Assembly (NCBI GenBank): GCA_965205215.1
Contig: OZ242041.1
Location: 1,120,001 to 1,184,000 of the forward strand
Direction: 5' to 3'
DNA: 64,000 nt
Origin: Nitrosopumilus sp.
GTDB lineage: Archaea; Thermoproteota; Nitrososphaeria; Nitrososphaerales; Nitrosopumilaceae
The notes under the pieces were generated by a model, which saw only the letters and a list, made by a program, of their open reading frames with translations, was not told where the DNA came from and did no database searches. Of this stretch, positions 8,888-19,074 are shown piece by piece (the stretch's first letter is position 1; each line of letters starts with the position of its first letter). Position numbers and translations under genes: made by a program.

Positions 8888-10063
8888 CTATCGGCCGTCC
8901 CTCTTTGAGATCAGGACGTTCTCGAGTATCTCCCGCACCGACGCGTAGCTGCTCTCGAGCCTGGCAATGCGCTCGTGCAGGTCCTCGTTCTCCCGCTCGA
9001 TCACCCCCACCTTCTTGTCGCTTGCCTCGGCCTGCCTCTCGATGGCGCTCCGCAGTTCGGCCTCCTCTGATATGGTCAGGTTCGGCACCGCCGCCGCGTA
9101 CTGCTCCAGCAGGTACTCTTCGGGCGGCTTGTAGTAGTTCTCGGCGTGCCCCATCAGCTTTTCCACGTCGATGGTCTTCATGGTCCGCTCAGCGTTGGTC
9201 TTGAAGTACTTGCGGAACCCGTGGATCTGCTTGAACTCGTGCCCCGCCGCGCGCGCTCGCGTCTTGTTGCGCATGTTGAGCGTCTTGAGGAACCTTCCCA
9301 TCATGTTTGATATGGTCTTGGAGGCAAGGGGCGTGGCGGTGCCCGGATCCTTTCTCCGGCCCTTGCGGTACGGGTGGGTGTCCCAGGCGTCCCTTATGAG
9401 CGGCGAGTCGTCCGTCACTCTTTCGCCCGCCTCCTCGCGCATAGTCCTGTACCTGAGCAGCGCCTCGTGGCACTCGGGGCTCACAAACGTGACATACTCC
9501 TCTGCAGAGTCCCTGTACACCAGGAGGCGCGCCGCGCTAACGCCGCTGCCCTCCTTTGCGGGCACCGGCGTCACGTCTCCCCACCGCATGCCGTCAAACG
9601 CGCCCACCCTTATCCCGGAGCTTGCGCACACCAGGATGATGCACCTTGTGCGCGCGTCGGCCGCGTCCACCATGAGCCGTATCTCCTGTATGGTGGGGGC
9701 GCGGTCGCTTCCCGTCTTGCGGACGCGCGGCATTATCTTTGTGATTTTCTTCCACGATATCGCGTCCTCGGCATCGTTCATCTCAAAAAAGTGCTTGAGG
9801 GACACGACGGTCTGGTTTATCGTCGAGCCGGAGACCTCGTTTCTGCGCTCCTCCACAAAGTCTATGATGCGCCGCCGCACCCGCACCGGGTTTCTGCGCG
9901 CCTCCTCCAGCAGGTCGTCGGGCGCAATCCCGTTGGCATCCAGGAACTGGCACAGCTTGCGCGAATACCCGACCCTCGTCTCCTCGCTTTTGAACCCCTT
10001 GAGGAACTGTTGGACGGACTCTGACTTTACGTCGAGGGCCCTTGGCAGCGGCTGCCGGTACAT
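8888..10063 (-). CDS. Tyrosine recombinase/integrase (thaumarchaeal tRNA-associated type)
   Basis: Catalytic motifs SSGIRVG (R), IHGFRK (HxxR), LMGH and ENYY (Y). C-terminal coiled coil. Starts ~50 bp beyond the tRNA 3' end. Confidence 0.93.
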   Translation of the reverse strand: MYRQPLPRALDVKSESVQQFLKGFKSEETRVGYSRKLCQFLDANGIAPDDLLEEARRNPVRVRRRIIDFVEERRNEVSGSTINQTVVSLKHFFEMNDAEDAISWKKITKIMPRVRKTGSDRAPTIQEIRLMVDAADARTRCIILVCASSGIRVGAFDGMRWGDVTPVPAKEGSGVSAARLLVYRDSAEEYVTFVSPECHEALLRYRTMREEAGERVTDDSPLIRDAWDTHPYRKGRRKDPGTATPLASKTISNMMGRFLKTLNMRNKTRARAAGHEFKQIHGFRKYFKTNAERTMKTIDVEKLMGHAENYYKPPEEYLLEQYAAAVPNLTISEEAELRSAIERQAEASDKKVGVIERENEDLHERIARLESSYASVREILENVLISKRDGR

Positions 10064-10113
10064 CACAACTAGTACGCATGCCCTGATTTTAAGCATTTCC
10101 GAATCATTTGTAG

Positions 10114-10209
10114 TGCAGAGAGTGGGATTTGAACCCACGAACTCCTAAGAGAAGGGATCACTTACGGATCTTGAGTCCCTCTCGGTTGACCGGGCTTCGA
10201 TATCTCTGC
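10114..10209 (-). tRNA. tRNA-Leu(CAA) with 11-nt intron at 37/38 (intron 10159-10169)
   Basis: Acceptor GCAGAGA/TCTCTGC+A. Anticodon stem AGGGA/TCCCT with loop CT-CAA-G^A. Long variable arm. T arm GTGGG-TTCAAAT-CCCAC. Confidence 0.93.
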
Positions 10210-10312
10210 GACTATGCGCCCGTACAGTCGCTATTTTTCAATTTCGATCCGCCCTGCTGCCCGTACCCGCCCGCAACAAAGGCTTATAATTACTTGCATG
10301 AAACGGGGCAGT

Positions 10313-10621
10313 ATGACAGACTACGTAACGGTCGAGCAGGCCAAAAAGATGCGCGGCGGGATTAACATCAAGACTTCCGTCAAGAGGCTGGGCGATCGAA
10401 GGACGGTGACCCTAAGGTCCGGCGAGCCCAAGGACGTGTGCGACCACATACTTGCCGACGACTCCGGCGAGATAAAGCTGACGCTCTGGGGTGACGACAT
10501 CTCCAAGGTCAAGGAGGGCGACATTGTCGAGATCATCAACGGGTACACCAAAGAGTTCCGGGGCGAGATATCGATATCTTCTGGCAAGTACGGCGAGATG
10601 AAGGTCAACCCCAGCGACTGA
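10313..10621 (+). CDS. ssb: Single-OB-fold single-stranded DNA-binding protein
   Basis: 'LADDSGEIKLTLWG...VKEGDIVEIINGYTKEFRGEISISSGKYG', a crenarchaeal-type SSB motif. Confidence 0.9.
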   Translation: MTDYVTVEQAKKMRGGINIKTSVKRLGDRRTVTLRSGEPKDVCDHILADDSGEIKLTLWGDDISKVKEGDIVEIINGYTKEFRGEISISSGKYGEMKVNPSD

Positions 10622-10776
10622 CGCCTTTCTCTTCGTTCTCACATGATACCGCATGCATTCCTTCGGCCCTGGAGGGCGCCGCACGGATGCTATTGTCCAT
10701 ACGCGCGCGTACTGGAAAACGCTGCCTTGTTGTTGTTATTATTATTGCTCTGCGGCCGCCCTGCCGTCTCTGTATG

Positions 10777-11559
10777 TTATTGGGCGACCTGTTGCTGCTC
10801 TTCTACCACCCAGTCGTACCCGTCTTTTTCGAGCTTGTCTGCAAGAGCAGAGTCTCCAGTCTTTAGGATCTTGCCGTTTGCAAAGACGTGCACATAGTCG
10901 AGCTTGTCAAGGAACCTGAGTATCCTTGCATAGTGGGTTATGACTACTATGGTGGACTCGGTGCCTGACACCTGGCTTATGGCCTTTGCGACTGCCTGGA
11001 CTGCGTCGATGTCAAGTCCAGAGTCGGGCTCATCGAGTATCGATATCTTGGGCTTTAGCACGGCCATCTGCAGTACCTCGGCGCGCTTCTTCTCGCCCCC
11101 CGAGAATCCCTCGTTGAGGTATCTTGAGAGAAACTCCTCCTTTAGTCCGACCTTTTCGAGGTTCTCCCTGAGGTACTTTTGGAACTCGCGTACCGTGATG
11201 AAGACCTCGCGGTCGTCCCCCTCGAGCGCCTTGCTCAGCGAGTTGTACGCGGTGCGCAGAAAGTGCGAGAACCCGACGCCGGACACCTCCGTTGGGTATT
11301 GGAATCCCAGAAACAGTCCGCGTCTTGCACGCTCGTCGGCCTTCATGTCCAGTATGCTCTGGCCGTCAAGCAGTATGTCGCCCTGCGTCACCTCGTACTT
11401 TGGGTGCGCAAGCAGCGTGTATGCAAGCGTGCTCTTGCCGGAGCCGTTTGGGCCCATTATGGCATGGACCTGGCCCGCGCCCGTCTTGAGGTTGACCCCC
11501 TTGAGTATCTCCTTGCCGTCCCTGCTGACGTGCAGATCCTTTATCTCGAGAACCGCCAT
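10777..11559 (-). CDS. sufC: Fe-S cluster assembly ABC ATPase SufC
   Basis: GPNGSGKST, 'RYLNEGFSGGEKKR', 'LDEPDSGLDIDA'. Confidence 0.97.
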   Translation of the reverse strand: MAVLEIKDLHVSRDGKEILKGVNLKTGAGQVHAIMGPNGSGKSTLAYTLLAHPKYEVTQGDILLDGQSILDMKADERARRGLFLGFQYPTEVSGVGFSHFLRTAYNSLSKALEGDDREVFITVREFQKYLRENLEKVGLKEEFLSRYLNEGFSGGEKKRAEVLQMAVLKPKISILDEPDSGLDIDAVQAVAKAISQVSGTESTIVVITHYARILRFLDKLDYVHVFANGKILKTGDSALADKLEKDGYDWVVEEQQQVAQ

Positions 11560-11704
11560 TGCCGCGCGTCCTTCGCCTCGATATATAATGCAGACGGTAT
11601 TTAGCTGATCCTAATGGCGGGGGCCGGCCCTGCAGGGGGCGGCGACTGCGGCAAATCCCCCATAATGTAATAAAAAATAAAAAGTCTAGAGGTCGTATGC
11701 GCAC

Positions 11705-12679
11705 TCATCTGGTCAGCATGGCGCGCGCCGCCGTGTTTGTGGGGCGCAGGGCCACTGTGAGCTCGTAGCTTGTCAGTATCTCTCTGCAGCGGTTGCGTAT
11801 GGTGACCTCTGTCACCTCGGCCACGGTTGATATCTCCCTCTGCGGGATCCCGTACCCGAGCAGTATGGACGCCATGTACAGGTATGCTGCGGCTATCCCG
11901 CTTGGCGACTTGCCGTCCGTTATGGACGCGTTCTTGGTCTTGCCTGCCATGTCGAGGGCAAGCCTCTCCACCTTGGTATCGACCTGCGCCATGTTTGCAA
12001 ACTTTGAGATGTACTTGTCCGTGGTGACAGTCGGCGTGTTTATCTGGCCAACACCCATCACCAGGTTGCGGTAGTACTTTGCCGCCAGCCTCGTCTTGGG
12101 CTTCTTTGAGGGGCTCGTGCCGCGCGCAATCTCGTCAATGGAGCGCACGACGCCGCACTGCTTGCATGCCATGTAAAGGATGGCAGATGCAATCGCCTCT
12201 ACTGACTTGCCCTTGATGTTGGTCTGGCCGTCGATGTTCCTGTACAGTATGGACGCCGTCTCAAGCACGGTCTTTGGGAGGCCGAGGCATTCGGCCGCGG
12301 ATCCCATTACCGTCAGGGCCGCGACAAGCCTCCTCTCCTGGGGGCTTGAGACCCTGATCCGCTTCTGCCAGTTCCTGAGGTTGTTCATCTGGCTTGCGAT
12401 GCGCCTGTCTATGGCCTTGCCGCTAAAGTCCTTTGCCGACGGGCCGATTGCAGTGGTCACCCCCAGGTCGTGCTGGGCGTAGGTGTTCAGTCCGGAGGCC
12501 CTGGCGAGCCTGATCTTCTCCTCGTGCTCGGCATTGGCGTTCTCCGGCCCATAGTCTACCATGTGGCTGTCTGTTACGATACCGCATCCGGTACAGATGG
12601 TCTCGCCGTTCTGCATGTCGTCCACTAGCGGGGACCTGCATTCCCGGCAGACTTGCTGTTCTTCTCCTAGCATCTTCAT
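11705..12679 (-). CDS. tfb: Transcription initiation factor IIB (TFB)
   Basis: Zn ribbon CRECx..CTGCG and two cyclin repeats ('GKSVEAIASAILY', 'QREISTVAEVTEVTIRNR'). Confidence 0.95.
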   Translation of the reverse strand: MKMLGEEQQVCRECRSPLVDDMQNGETICTGCGIVTDSHMVDYGPENANAEHEEKIRLARASGLNTYAQHDLGVTTAIGPSAKDFSGKAIDRRIASQMNNLRNWQKRIRVSSPQERRLVAALTVMGSAAECLGLPKTVLETASILYRNIDGQTNIKGKSVEAIASAILYMACKQCGVVRSIDEIARGTSPSKKPKTRLAAKYYRNLVMGVGQINTPTVTTDKYISKFANMAQVDTKVERLALDMAGKTKNASITDGKSPSGIAAAYLYMASILLGYGIPQREISTVAEVTEVTIRNRCREILTSYELTVALRPTNTAARAMLTR

Positions 12680-12963
12680 CTTGTTCTTCTTCTCCTAGTC
12701 TTTTGCGCAAATGCCTGGGACTCGCGCTTTTCGTACTGCTCTTGGCCCGCAAAGACCGCCCTGCCGACGTACTTTTTGATGCTGTTGGTAAGGACTGCTG
12801 CTGAGGCAAACGGGCTACTGACGGGGCCGATAAGCTCCATCACCCTTGCCACGCGCGTGCCACCCTTGTCGCAGAGTATCTGGCCCTCGGGCAGAGGTTC
12901 GGATATCTGTATGATGACCCTGCCGCTGCCTGCCACGTGCAATATCTTGCCGATCTCACGCAT
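12676..12963 (-). CDS. gar1: H/ACA RNP subunit Gar1
   Basis: 'IGKILHVAGSGRVII...VARVMELIGPVSSPF'. Lies in the srp19-gar1-tfb cluster. Confidence 0.88.
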   Translation of the reverse strand: MREIGKILHVAGSGRVIIQISEPLPEGQILCDKGGTRVARVMELIGPVSSPFASAAVLTNSIKKYVGRAVFAGQEQYEKRESQAFAQKTRRRRTR

Positions 12964-13037
12964 TGCAATCGTACTGAGTGCGGCTCATTTAAGATATGGG
13001 TCGATCAAATTTGTTAGATCTAATAGCTAGTTTTGAA

Positions 13038-13370
13038 TCAGGGTTTCTGGTCGCCGGACTTTTTCTTCCTCTTTGACTTTGCGGCCCTCTTGGCGACCAG
13101 TTTCTTTGATATCATGTCAAGTATGACGCCCTTGGTTTTTCCCGCCTTTGGGAGGGATATGTATCCGGATCTAAGGTAGGGCCTCTTTGGAAGACGGGCC
13201 CTCTCATTGGTCTCTGCTATGTCCAGCCCGGCCTCTGTTGCCGCGTCGGACAGCTCCTTGAGGGATGGATCAAAGACGCACCTTGCAAGGCCCAGCTTGC
13301 GGCCCTTTGATTTTTTGAGGTTCTTGTTGAAATAGTCCAGCCACACTATGACCTGGTCGTAGTCCTTCAT
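13038..13370 (-). CDS. srp19: Signal recognition particle protein SRP19
   Basis: 'VIVWLDYFNKNLKKSKGRK...DPSLKEL...RLPKRPYLRSG'. Confidence 0.9.
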   Translation of the reverse strand: MKDYDQVIVWLDYFNKNLKKSKGRKLGLARCVFDPSLKELSDAATEAGLDIAETNERARLPKRPYLRSGYISLPKAGKTKGVILDMISKKLVAKRAAKSKRKKKSGDQKP

Positions 13371-15563
13371 TTCTATCCTGTATTCGGCTCCAACTTGGCG
13401 GCAAATATTTGTTTTGCAATTAACCGCTGCTTGGCGCGCTGCCCCATCGTGTGGGTTGGGGCCGGCCGTGACGGCAGGAAGATGCCGGCGGCAATTATGG
13501 CGCAGATGCCGTGGGAACTTCATATGCGGTAATATAGCGATGACGATGGCGACACCGACTGCAATAATAAAATACGTTGCCGACCGCGACGGCGATCGCG
13601 TGGAATTGGCGCTTCAGTTCTGTGACTGCCATTTCGTGGCCGCGTCCTGCACCCCCGCTCCTCGAATCGGGCCGCGCCATCCTCGACAATTATTACGCGG
13701 CCAGCCGGCCGCGTGGTGCCCTTTATTGTCACACCGAGGACAGTAAGCGGCAGTACGGCGCGGCGCATCCCGTAATTGGGGCCGGAGCCGCGCGCGAAGA
13801 ACCCCAATCATTTTTCCAAGCACCGCGCGTTAAAGGAGTTTTGAAGAGAAACCGCCTAAGAGGAACCGTCTAAGGAACCGTGCGGGCTTGGAATGTGTTT
13901 TTGATGGCGGCTGGGGAGGGGGAGGGGGAGGGAAAGGAGCAGCGGGGTGGGGGAGGGTAGAGAGAGTGGCATCTACTTCAGGACGGTCACGTCGGCTTGG
14001 TGGGCGCCTGCCGCGGCGCCGTGCCCTATCTGCCGCGGGCCTTGCCGCCTGAAAGCCGCCAAAACGCATGAAATCCGTGCGTGTTGGGCATGACTAGCAC
14101 AGTTGCTCGTGCGGCATGCCTGTTGGACTGCCGGAGGGCGGCCTGACTGGGCATGCGGGCCCCTGCAGGCCTCCGCCGTTCTTGGGAGGGCAGCCCTCTG
14201 CCGTGGATGCGGGATGGGCTGCCCTGTCATGGGATGGCGTGAGGGGCAGCCGTCCGGCCCCCAGCTCGCCGCATGCGTAACTGGACTGACGGACGTCAAG
14301 TCGGCGCAAGGGGTCTGTACTCCGTCTGCCCCCTCTTCTGGGTGAGTTCCATGACGGCTGTTATCTGGATCTGCGAACTGCAAGGCCGCGCGGCGCGTTT
14401 TTTTCAGAGATTGGTTGTAAAGAATCAGGAGGATGGAGATTATTCAAGCGCACCTGCAACCGCCATAAAAGATCCCGGCGTCTCTTCGGGCCTTTTCTGC
14501 CCTGCTTGCTGCCGTTTACAGGATCTCGTGCATCTTGTCAGATGCGGTGATCCAGCAACTGTTCCATTGATTGGCGTGATTTTCGCCGTAACGTTGCGGC
14601 CCGGATACAGCATCGTCTGTTTTTTGGATGGCGGGTATGGCATATTTTTATGATCTGCATTTGTAATTAGGTATCCGCGTGTCTGATTGTATTTTATTGA
14701 CATGGAATATTTTTAATTTGTGCAAAAGCAACGCAAGGGCCAAAATCAGCATCCGAGAAAAGACATGGTGGCATATGCGTGCGTGAATACGGAGGGAAGT
14801 CGAAGCGCTCTGCCTTGCAAGATCGTGCAGCCTGCATGCGCGCGTCTGTCCTCTATACGTGCAAGCATGAAAAATGCTCCCCGCCTGCAACAATTAGCGT
14901 CCGAGCAAAACCGTAACACGCGTGATCCGCCGATATTGTTTTGCCCACGCATTTCATATTTTTTGGACTCGCCGGATCCGAAACCGGATACTCATTCGTC
15001 TTCAAACGTGTATTTGCAAAATTTTAACCATGGATAAATTCCCGTTATGATTATTGGATACTGCCTGTTGAATCCCAAGGGCAGCTCGGCCTTGCCCGTT
15101 AATCTTGGCCTTTTTTTGATATTCGGCTTGGTGCCTTAGTCATTTGTCGGCGCATTCGTGACTACTGTCCTGCGGATGTCGCGTTTTGGCGAATTCTGCC
15201 GTATTTAGCTCCAAGCGCGGATCGTTGGCATTCCATGCCGGCCTCCTGCCTGTCTGGCAGGCGCGGACTCTTATGCTCCGCCTGCCGGCATCGGCGCAAG
15301 CATCAGAAGCTGCGCTGTGGGCGCAGTTTTGCCGTACGCGTTGCCGTACGCGTTGCCGTTGTTGTCGCTGTTGAATGAGTGATGCCGTCATGTCTAACGC
15401 GCCGTTGGGTTACGGCGTGCCTCCGGCATGGGGCAGATCCCTGTGCAGGAATGCGGGGTGCGTCCATGTCCACCCCCCTCACTCCTCCGCCCACCCACGC
15501 CCAGATTCATTCCCGCCCGCCAGCCTGCAACGTTTTTATTTTCAAACCCCGACAAGAGGCCTG

Positions 15564-15731
15564 ATGAGTAGCAAAAAGAGGTCCGCCCCACTTCCTGCGT
15601 CTAGCGGGGGGCTCATGAGATTCTTTGAGGATGAAACCAAGGGATTCAAGATAGATCCGCGAATAGTGGTGTCGATTCCCATCAGCCTTATTGTGGTGTC
15701 GTGGGCAATCGAGCTCTTTTTGGCGCCGTGA
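15564..15731 (+). CDS. secG: Preprotein translocase subunit Sec61-beta
   Basis: 'SSGGLMRFFEDETKGFKIDPRIVV' followed by a single TM helix. Confidence 0.92.
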   Translation: MSSKKRSAPLPASSGGLMRFFEDETKGFKIDPRIVVSIPISLIVVSWAIELFLAP

Positions 15732-15736
15732 GCAAC

Positions 15737-17494
15737 ATGGACACACACGACCGCCCGGACGGCGAAGACGGCGTCTCTGTCATACATAACAGGTTCTCGC
15801 TTACCCTGCTGAATCCCGCATCGCATTACTTTTCGCTGGCCGCGTCGCTCGGCATCGCCGCGGCGATATCTGCGATCATACACGTGTTTTACCTGCCCGA
15901 CTCTGGAAACATCGCGGCCGTCGTATTCGCATCGGTGGCAGTCCTGTTTCTGACCCAGCTGCTCGACACCCGGTTTACGAGAAAGAAGGAGTATTCCAAG
16001 TCCCTGCACTCGTCGCTGTTTGCGAACCTGCTGTGGCTTGCGTCCCTCCTTGCCGGCGTCGCCGCCGGACTCGTGCTGGCAAAGGAGCTGACGCCGTTTT
16101 TTGTCACGCTCGGGATGTTCCTGTTTGCAAGCTTTAGAATCGGCATATACACCACCACGCTCGGCGTCTCGCTGAGGCGCGCGTGGGCCATCTCAATGGT
16201 GCAGCCCCTCGCGATGTTCCTTGTAATCGTGCCGTATGACGCGTGGGCCGACGTGCTCGGCGACCTGCTTGCGCTGGGATACGGCGTGTCGTTCATGGTC
16301 ATCGCCACCGTGTGGTCGCACCTCACCGACGTGGCCGGCCGCCCCGGCATGGAGAGCACGCACAAGACCATCCAGGCGTATCTGGCCTCGCAGGTCGACG
16401 ACTACGAGGATGCCGAGAAGATAATGGAGCAGCGCTCAAGCGAGGCCCGGGTCTCCACTGCGCAGATCCGGCTCTCGTCAAAGGACTCCGACGGCCAGTT
16501 CCACATAGTGCTGCCGGAAATCCACCCAGGCCCGTACCATCCGGTGGGCGGAAGCAACATTCCGTACCTGATATACAAGAACCTGGACTCGTCTGCCATG
16601 GTGATGCACAGCGTGTCGGACCACGCGCTGAACCTGCCGTCCAGGGCCGAGGTCGCAAACTACCTGAGGACAATCGAGGAGTGCAGCGTGACGGAGGAGG
16701 GGCTCCGTTGCACCGAGCCGGTCACGGTCACCATAAACCGCGCCCGCGTGATGTGCATCCTGTTTGGGCGGCGCCCGATACTGTTCCTGTCCCTGTCACC
16801 GCACGGAATGGAAGACGTGCCGAGCTACGTAAAGACTGAGATTGTGCAGTATGCCGAGAACCGGGATTATTCGGGGGCGATGATCGTGGACTGCCACAAC
16901 GCGATGGGCGCCACCCTCTCCGAGGACGACGGCAGGGACATGCTGGAGGCCGCAAAGTCGTGCCTTGACAACCTGGTTGCAAAGGATACCCATCCCATAG
17001 AGTTCGGCTATGCAAACTCTGATGCCATGGACATACGCGCCAACGACATGGGGCTGGGCGGCTTGGGGGTGGTCTGCCTGAAGATAAACGGCAGGAAGTT
17101 CCACATTGGATGGGCCGACGCCAACAACATGGAGAACGGGGTGCGCGAAAAGATAATCGAGCACCTCGCCTCAAAGGGGCATGAGATGCTTGAGATATGC
17201 ACGTCTGACACTCACTTTTCGCGCGTAAAGGTCAGGAACCGCAACGGGTACTACCATCTGGGGCTAGTGACCCCCGCCGAGAAGCTGTCCGGGTGGTTCG
17301 AGGAGCTGGCCTCGGCGGCCGAGCGCGACACGTCGGCGGCCTCCTACGAGATACTGGAAAACGAGGCCGTGATCCGTGTGATGGGAAGCGGCATATTTGA
17401 CGACTATTCAAAGGCGCTCGAGAACTCGCTGCGGATCACAAAGTATTTTGCTCTCGGCGGCGTAATCCTCTTTGTAACCGGGCTGTTCCTCTAG
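15737..17494 (+). CDS. DUF2070-family membrane protein
   Basis: N-terminal TM helices, 'HPGPYHPVGGSNIP', 'VDCHN', 'DANNM', 'TSDTH'. Confidence 0.88.
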   Translation: MDTHDRPDGEDGVSVIHNRFSLTLLNPASHYFSLAASLGIAAAISAIIHVFYLPDSGNIAAVVFASVAVLFLTQLLDTRFTRKKEYSKSLHSSLFANLLWLASLLAGVAAGLVLAKELTPFFVTLGMFLFASFRIGIYTTTLGVSLRRAWAISMVQPLAMFLVIVPYDAWADVLGDLLALGYGVSFMVIATVWSHLTDVAGRPGMESTHKTIQAYLASQVDDYEDAEKIMEQRSSEARVSTAQIRLSSKDSDGQFHIVLPEIHPGPYHPVGGSNIPYLIYKNLDSSAMVMHSVSDHALNLPSRAEVANYLRTIEECSVTEEGLRCTEPVTVTINRARVMCILFGRRPILFLSLSPHGMEDVPSYVKTEIVQYAENRDYSGAMIVDCHNAMGATLSEDDGRDMLEAAKSCLDNLVAKDTHPIEFGYANSDAMDIRANDMGLGGLGVVCLKINGRKFHIGWADANNMENGVREKIIEHLASKGHEMLEICTSDTHFSRVKVRNRNGYYHLGLVTPAEKLSGWFEELASAAERDTSAASYEILENEAVIRVMGSGIFDDYSKALENSLRITKYFALGGVILFVTGLFL

Positions 17495-17654
17495 GTGCAC
17501 TGCCATCTTTTTCGAATCGGCTGCAACTGGAACATTGCCGTTCGATTCGTGCCTATCGGTGTACAGATTCAGGGAAAAGTGAAATTTGGCCGGGTTGTGC
17601 GACAGAACAGGTCCTCCTGCGTCACTTATTATCTAGCGACACTGCAGACGTTAC

Positions 17655-19043
17655 GTGGCTGAAGACTACCTTCCGGCACTGCTGCTGGTTGCCGCGCTTG
17701 CGGCGGGCGCGTCATTTGTCCCGCTGTCGTATTCGGACTATCCCCCACCACTGCAGCAGATCAGGGACGACGGCGTGGATCCCGAGGACGTGCAGTGCAA
17801 CGCCGGCCTCGTACACGCGGTCCGCGCAAACGGGGCCCATGTCTGCGTGAAGGAAACTACTGCCGGGAGGCTGGGCTGGGAGATCTTCGTGACGGAGGAC
17901 GCGCAGCAAGACGGGGCGGCGCCGTCGCCAGTGGACATGCAGGCTGCTAACAACGGGTTTGCAGTCGAGTTCTACAAGAGGCTGCCCGTAGATGAAAACG
18001 CGTTCTTCTCACCCACGAGCATGTACGTTGCCTTTTCCGCCCTTTACGAGGGCGCAAAAGGCGACACTGCTGCACAGATGCAGGGCGTGTTCGGACTCGA
18101 TCCTAACGACGAGACGCGCCACAGCTCCGCGGCACACGCGATGGCATCGATAAACCGTGACGATCCGGGCGCCACGCTTGAGATGGCAAACGCCCTGTGG
18201 GTCGCCGACTGGTTCACGCTATCGCAGCCGTATCTGGATGCGGCGCGCGGAACATACCTTGCCGACGTCGAAACGGTCAACTTTGTTGCAGACGCAGCCG
18301 ACAGGATAAACCAGTGGGCGTCAGACAAGACGCACGGCAAGGTCAAAGATGTGGTCACTCGCGAGACCGTGGACTCGTTGACCGCGATGATAATAAGCAA
18401 TGCCATATACTTCAAGGGAACATGGGTAAACCAGTTCCCCGAAGATGCGACCCGTGAGTTGGATTTTTGGACAAGCGACACGGAGAACTCAAAAACCGAC
18501 TTTATGAACGTCGAGGGATCGTTTGAGTATGCGAGCTCTGATGGCGCCCACGTCCTAAAGATGCCCTATGATGGCGACAGGCTCTCAATGCTGGTCATCC
18601 TGCCGGATGAACGCAGCGGGCTGGCAGACCTGACGGAGACGTTGTCTGCAGAGCAGATATCAAAATGGTCAGAGGGACTGCAAAATAGTTCTGTGTCTGT
18701 GTCGATGCCAAAATTTGAAGTGCGCAAATCCTACGCATTAAATCCAATCCTTGTGGGCATGGGCATGACAGACGCATTCAACCCGGAACTTGCCAACCTA
18801 GGCGGCATCGGATCTGCGCCGGATGGCAAAAACTTGTACGTAGACAGCGCAGCGCAGCACACATACATCAATGTCGATGAAGAGGGAACCGAGGCAGCTG
18901 CCGTCACTACCATTGAAGTTGGAGTTACGTCGGCGCAGCCCCCAATCCCGCACTTTGCGGCCGACCACCCGTTCCTCTTTGTAATACAGGACGACGAGAC
19001 CGGCATGATACTGTTCATGGGCAGCGTTGTAGATCCAACGTAA
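17655..19043 (+). CDS. Secreted serpin (serine protease inhibitor) with N-terminal thaumarchaeal Cys-pair module
   Basis: Signal peptide, 'NAFFSPTS', 'NAIYFKGTW', hinge 'EEGTEAAAVT', 'FAADHPFLF..ILFMG.V.DP'. Confidence 0.95.
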   Translation: MAEDYLPALLLVAALAAGASFVPLSYSDYPPPLQQIRDDGVDPEDVQCNAGLVHAVRANGAHVCVKETTAGRLGWEIFVTEDAQQDGAAPSPVDMQAANNGFAVEFYKRLPVDENAFFSPTSMYVAFSALYEGAKGDTAAQMQGVFGLDPNDETRHSSAAHAMASINRDDPGATLEMANALWVADWFTLSQPYLDAARGTYLADVETVNFVADAADRINQWASDKTHGKVKDVVTRETVDSLTAMIISNAIYFKGTWVNQFPEDATRELDFWTSDTENSKTDFMNVEGSFEYASSDGAHVLKMPYDGDRLSMLVILPDERSGLADLTETLSAEQISKWSEGLQNSSVSVSMPKFEVRKSYALNPILVGMGMTDAFNPELANLGGIGSAPDGKNLYVDSAAQHTYINVDEEGTEAAAVTTIEVGVTSAQPPIPHFAADHPFLFVIQDDETGMILFMGSVVDPT

Positions 19044-19074
19044 CATATCCATGATCCAGTTTATCCTGGCAGCT

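Larger units (their letters stand above)
1..10113. mobile_element. Putative integrative element/genomic island anchored at tRNA-Leu(CAA), far boundary not seen
   Basis: Integrase abuts the tRNA 3' end and is followed by non-core content. I found no duplicated tRNA 3' end (att) in the window. Confidence 0.55.

Noticed and set aside
10777-11559. sufC without adjacent sufB/sufD
   Set aside because: Split suf loci are not unusual, and the partners may lie outside the window.
13371-15563. Replication origin, SRP RNA or RNase P RNA
   Set aside because: No ORB consensus, no adjacent cdc6, and no recognisable SRP helix-8 or RNase P P4 motifs.
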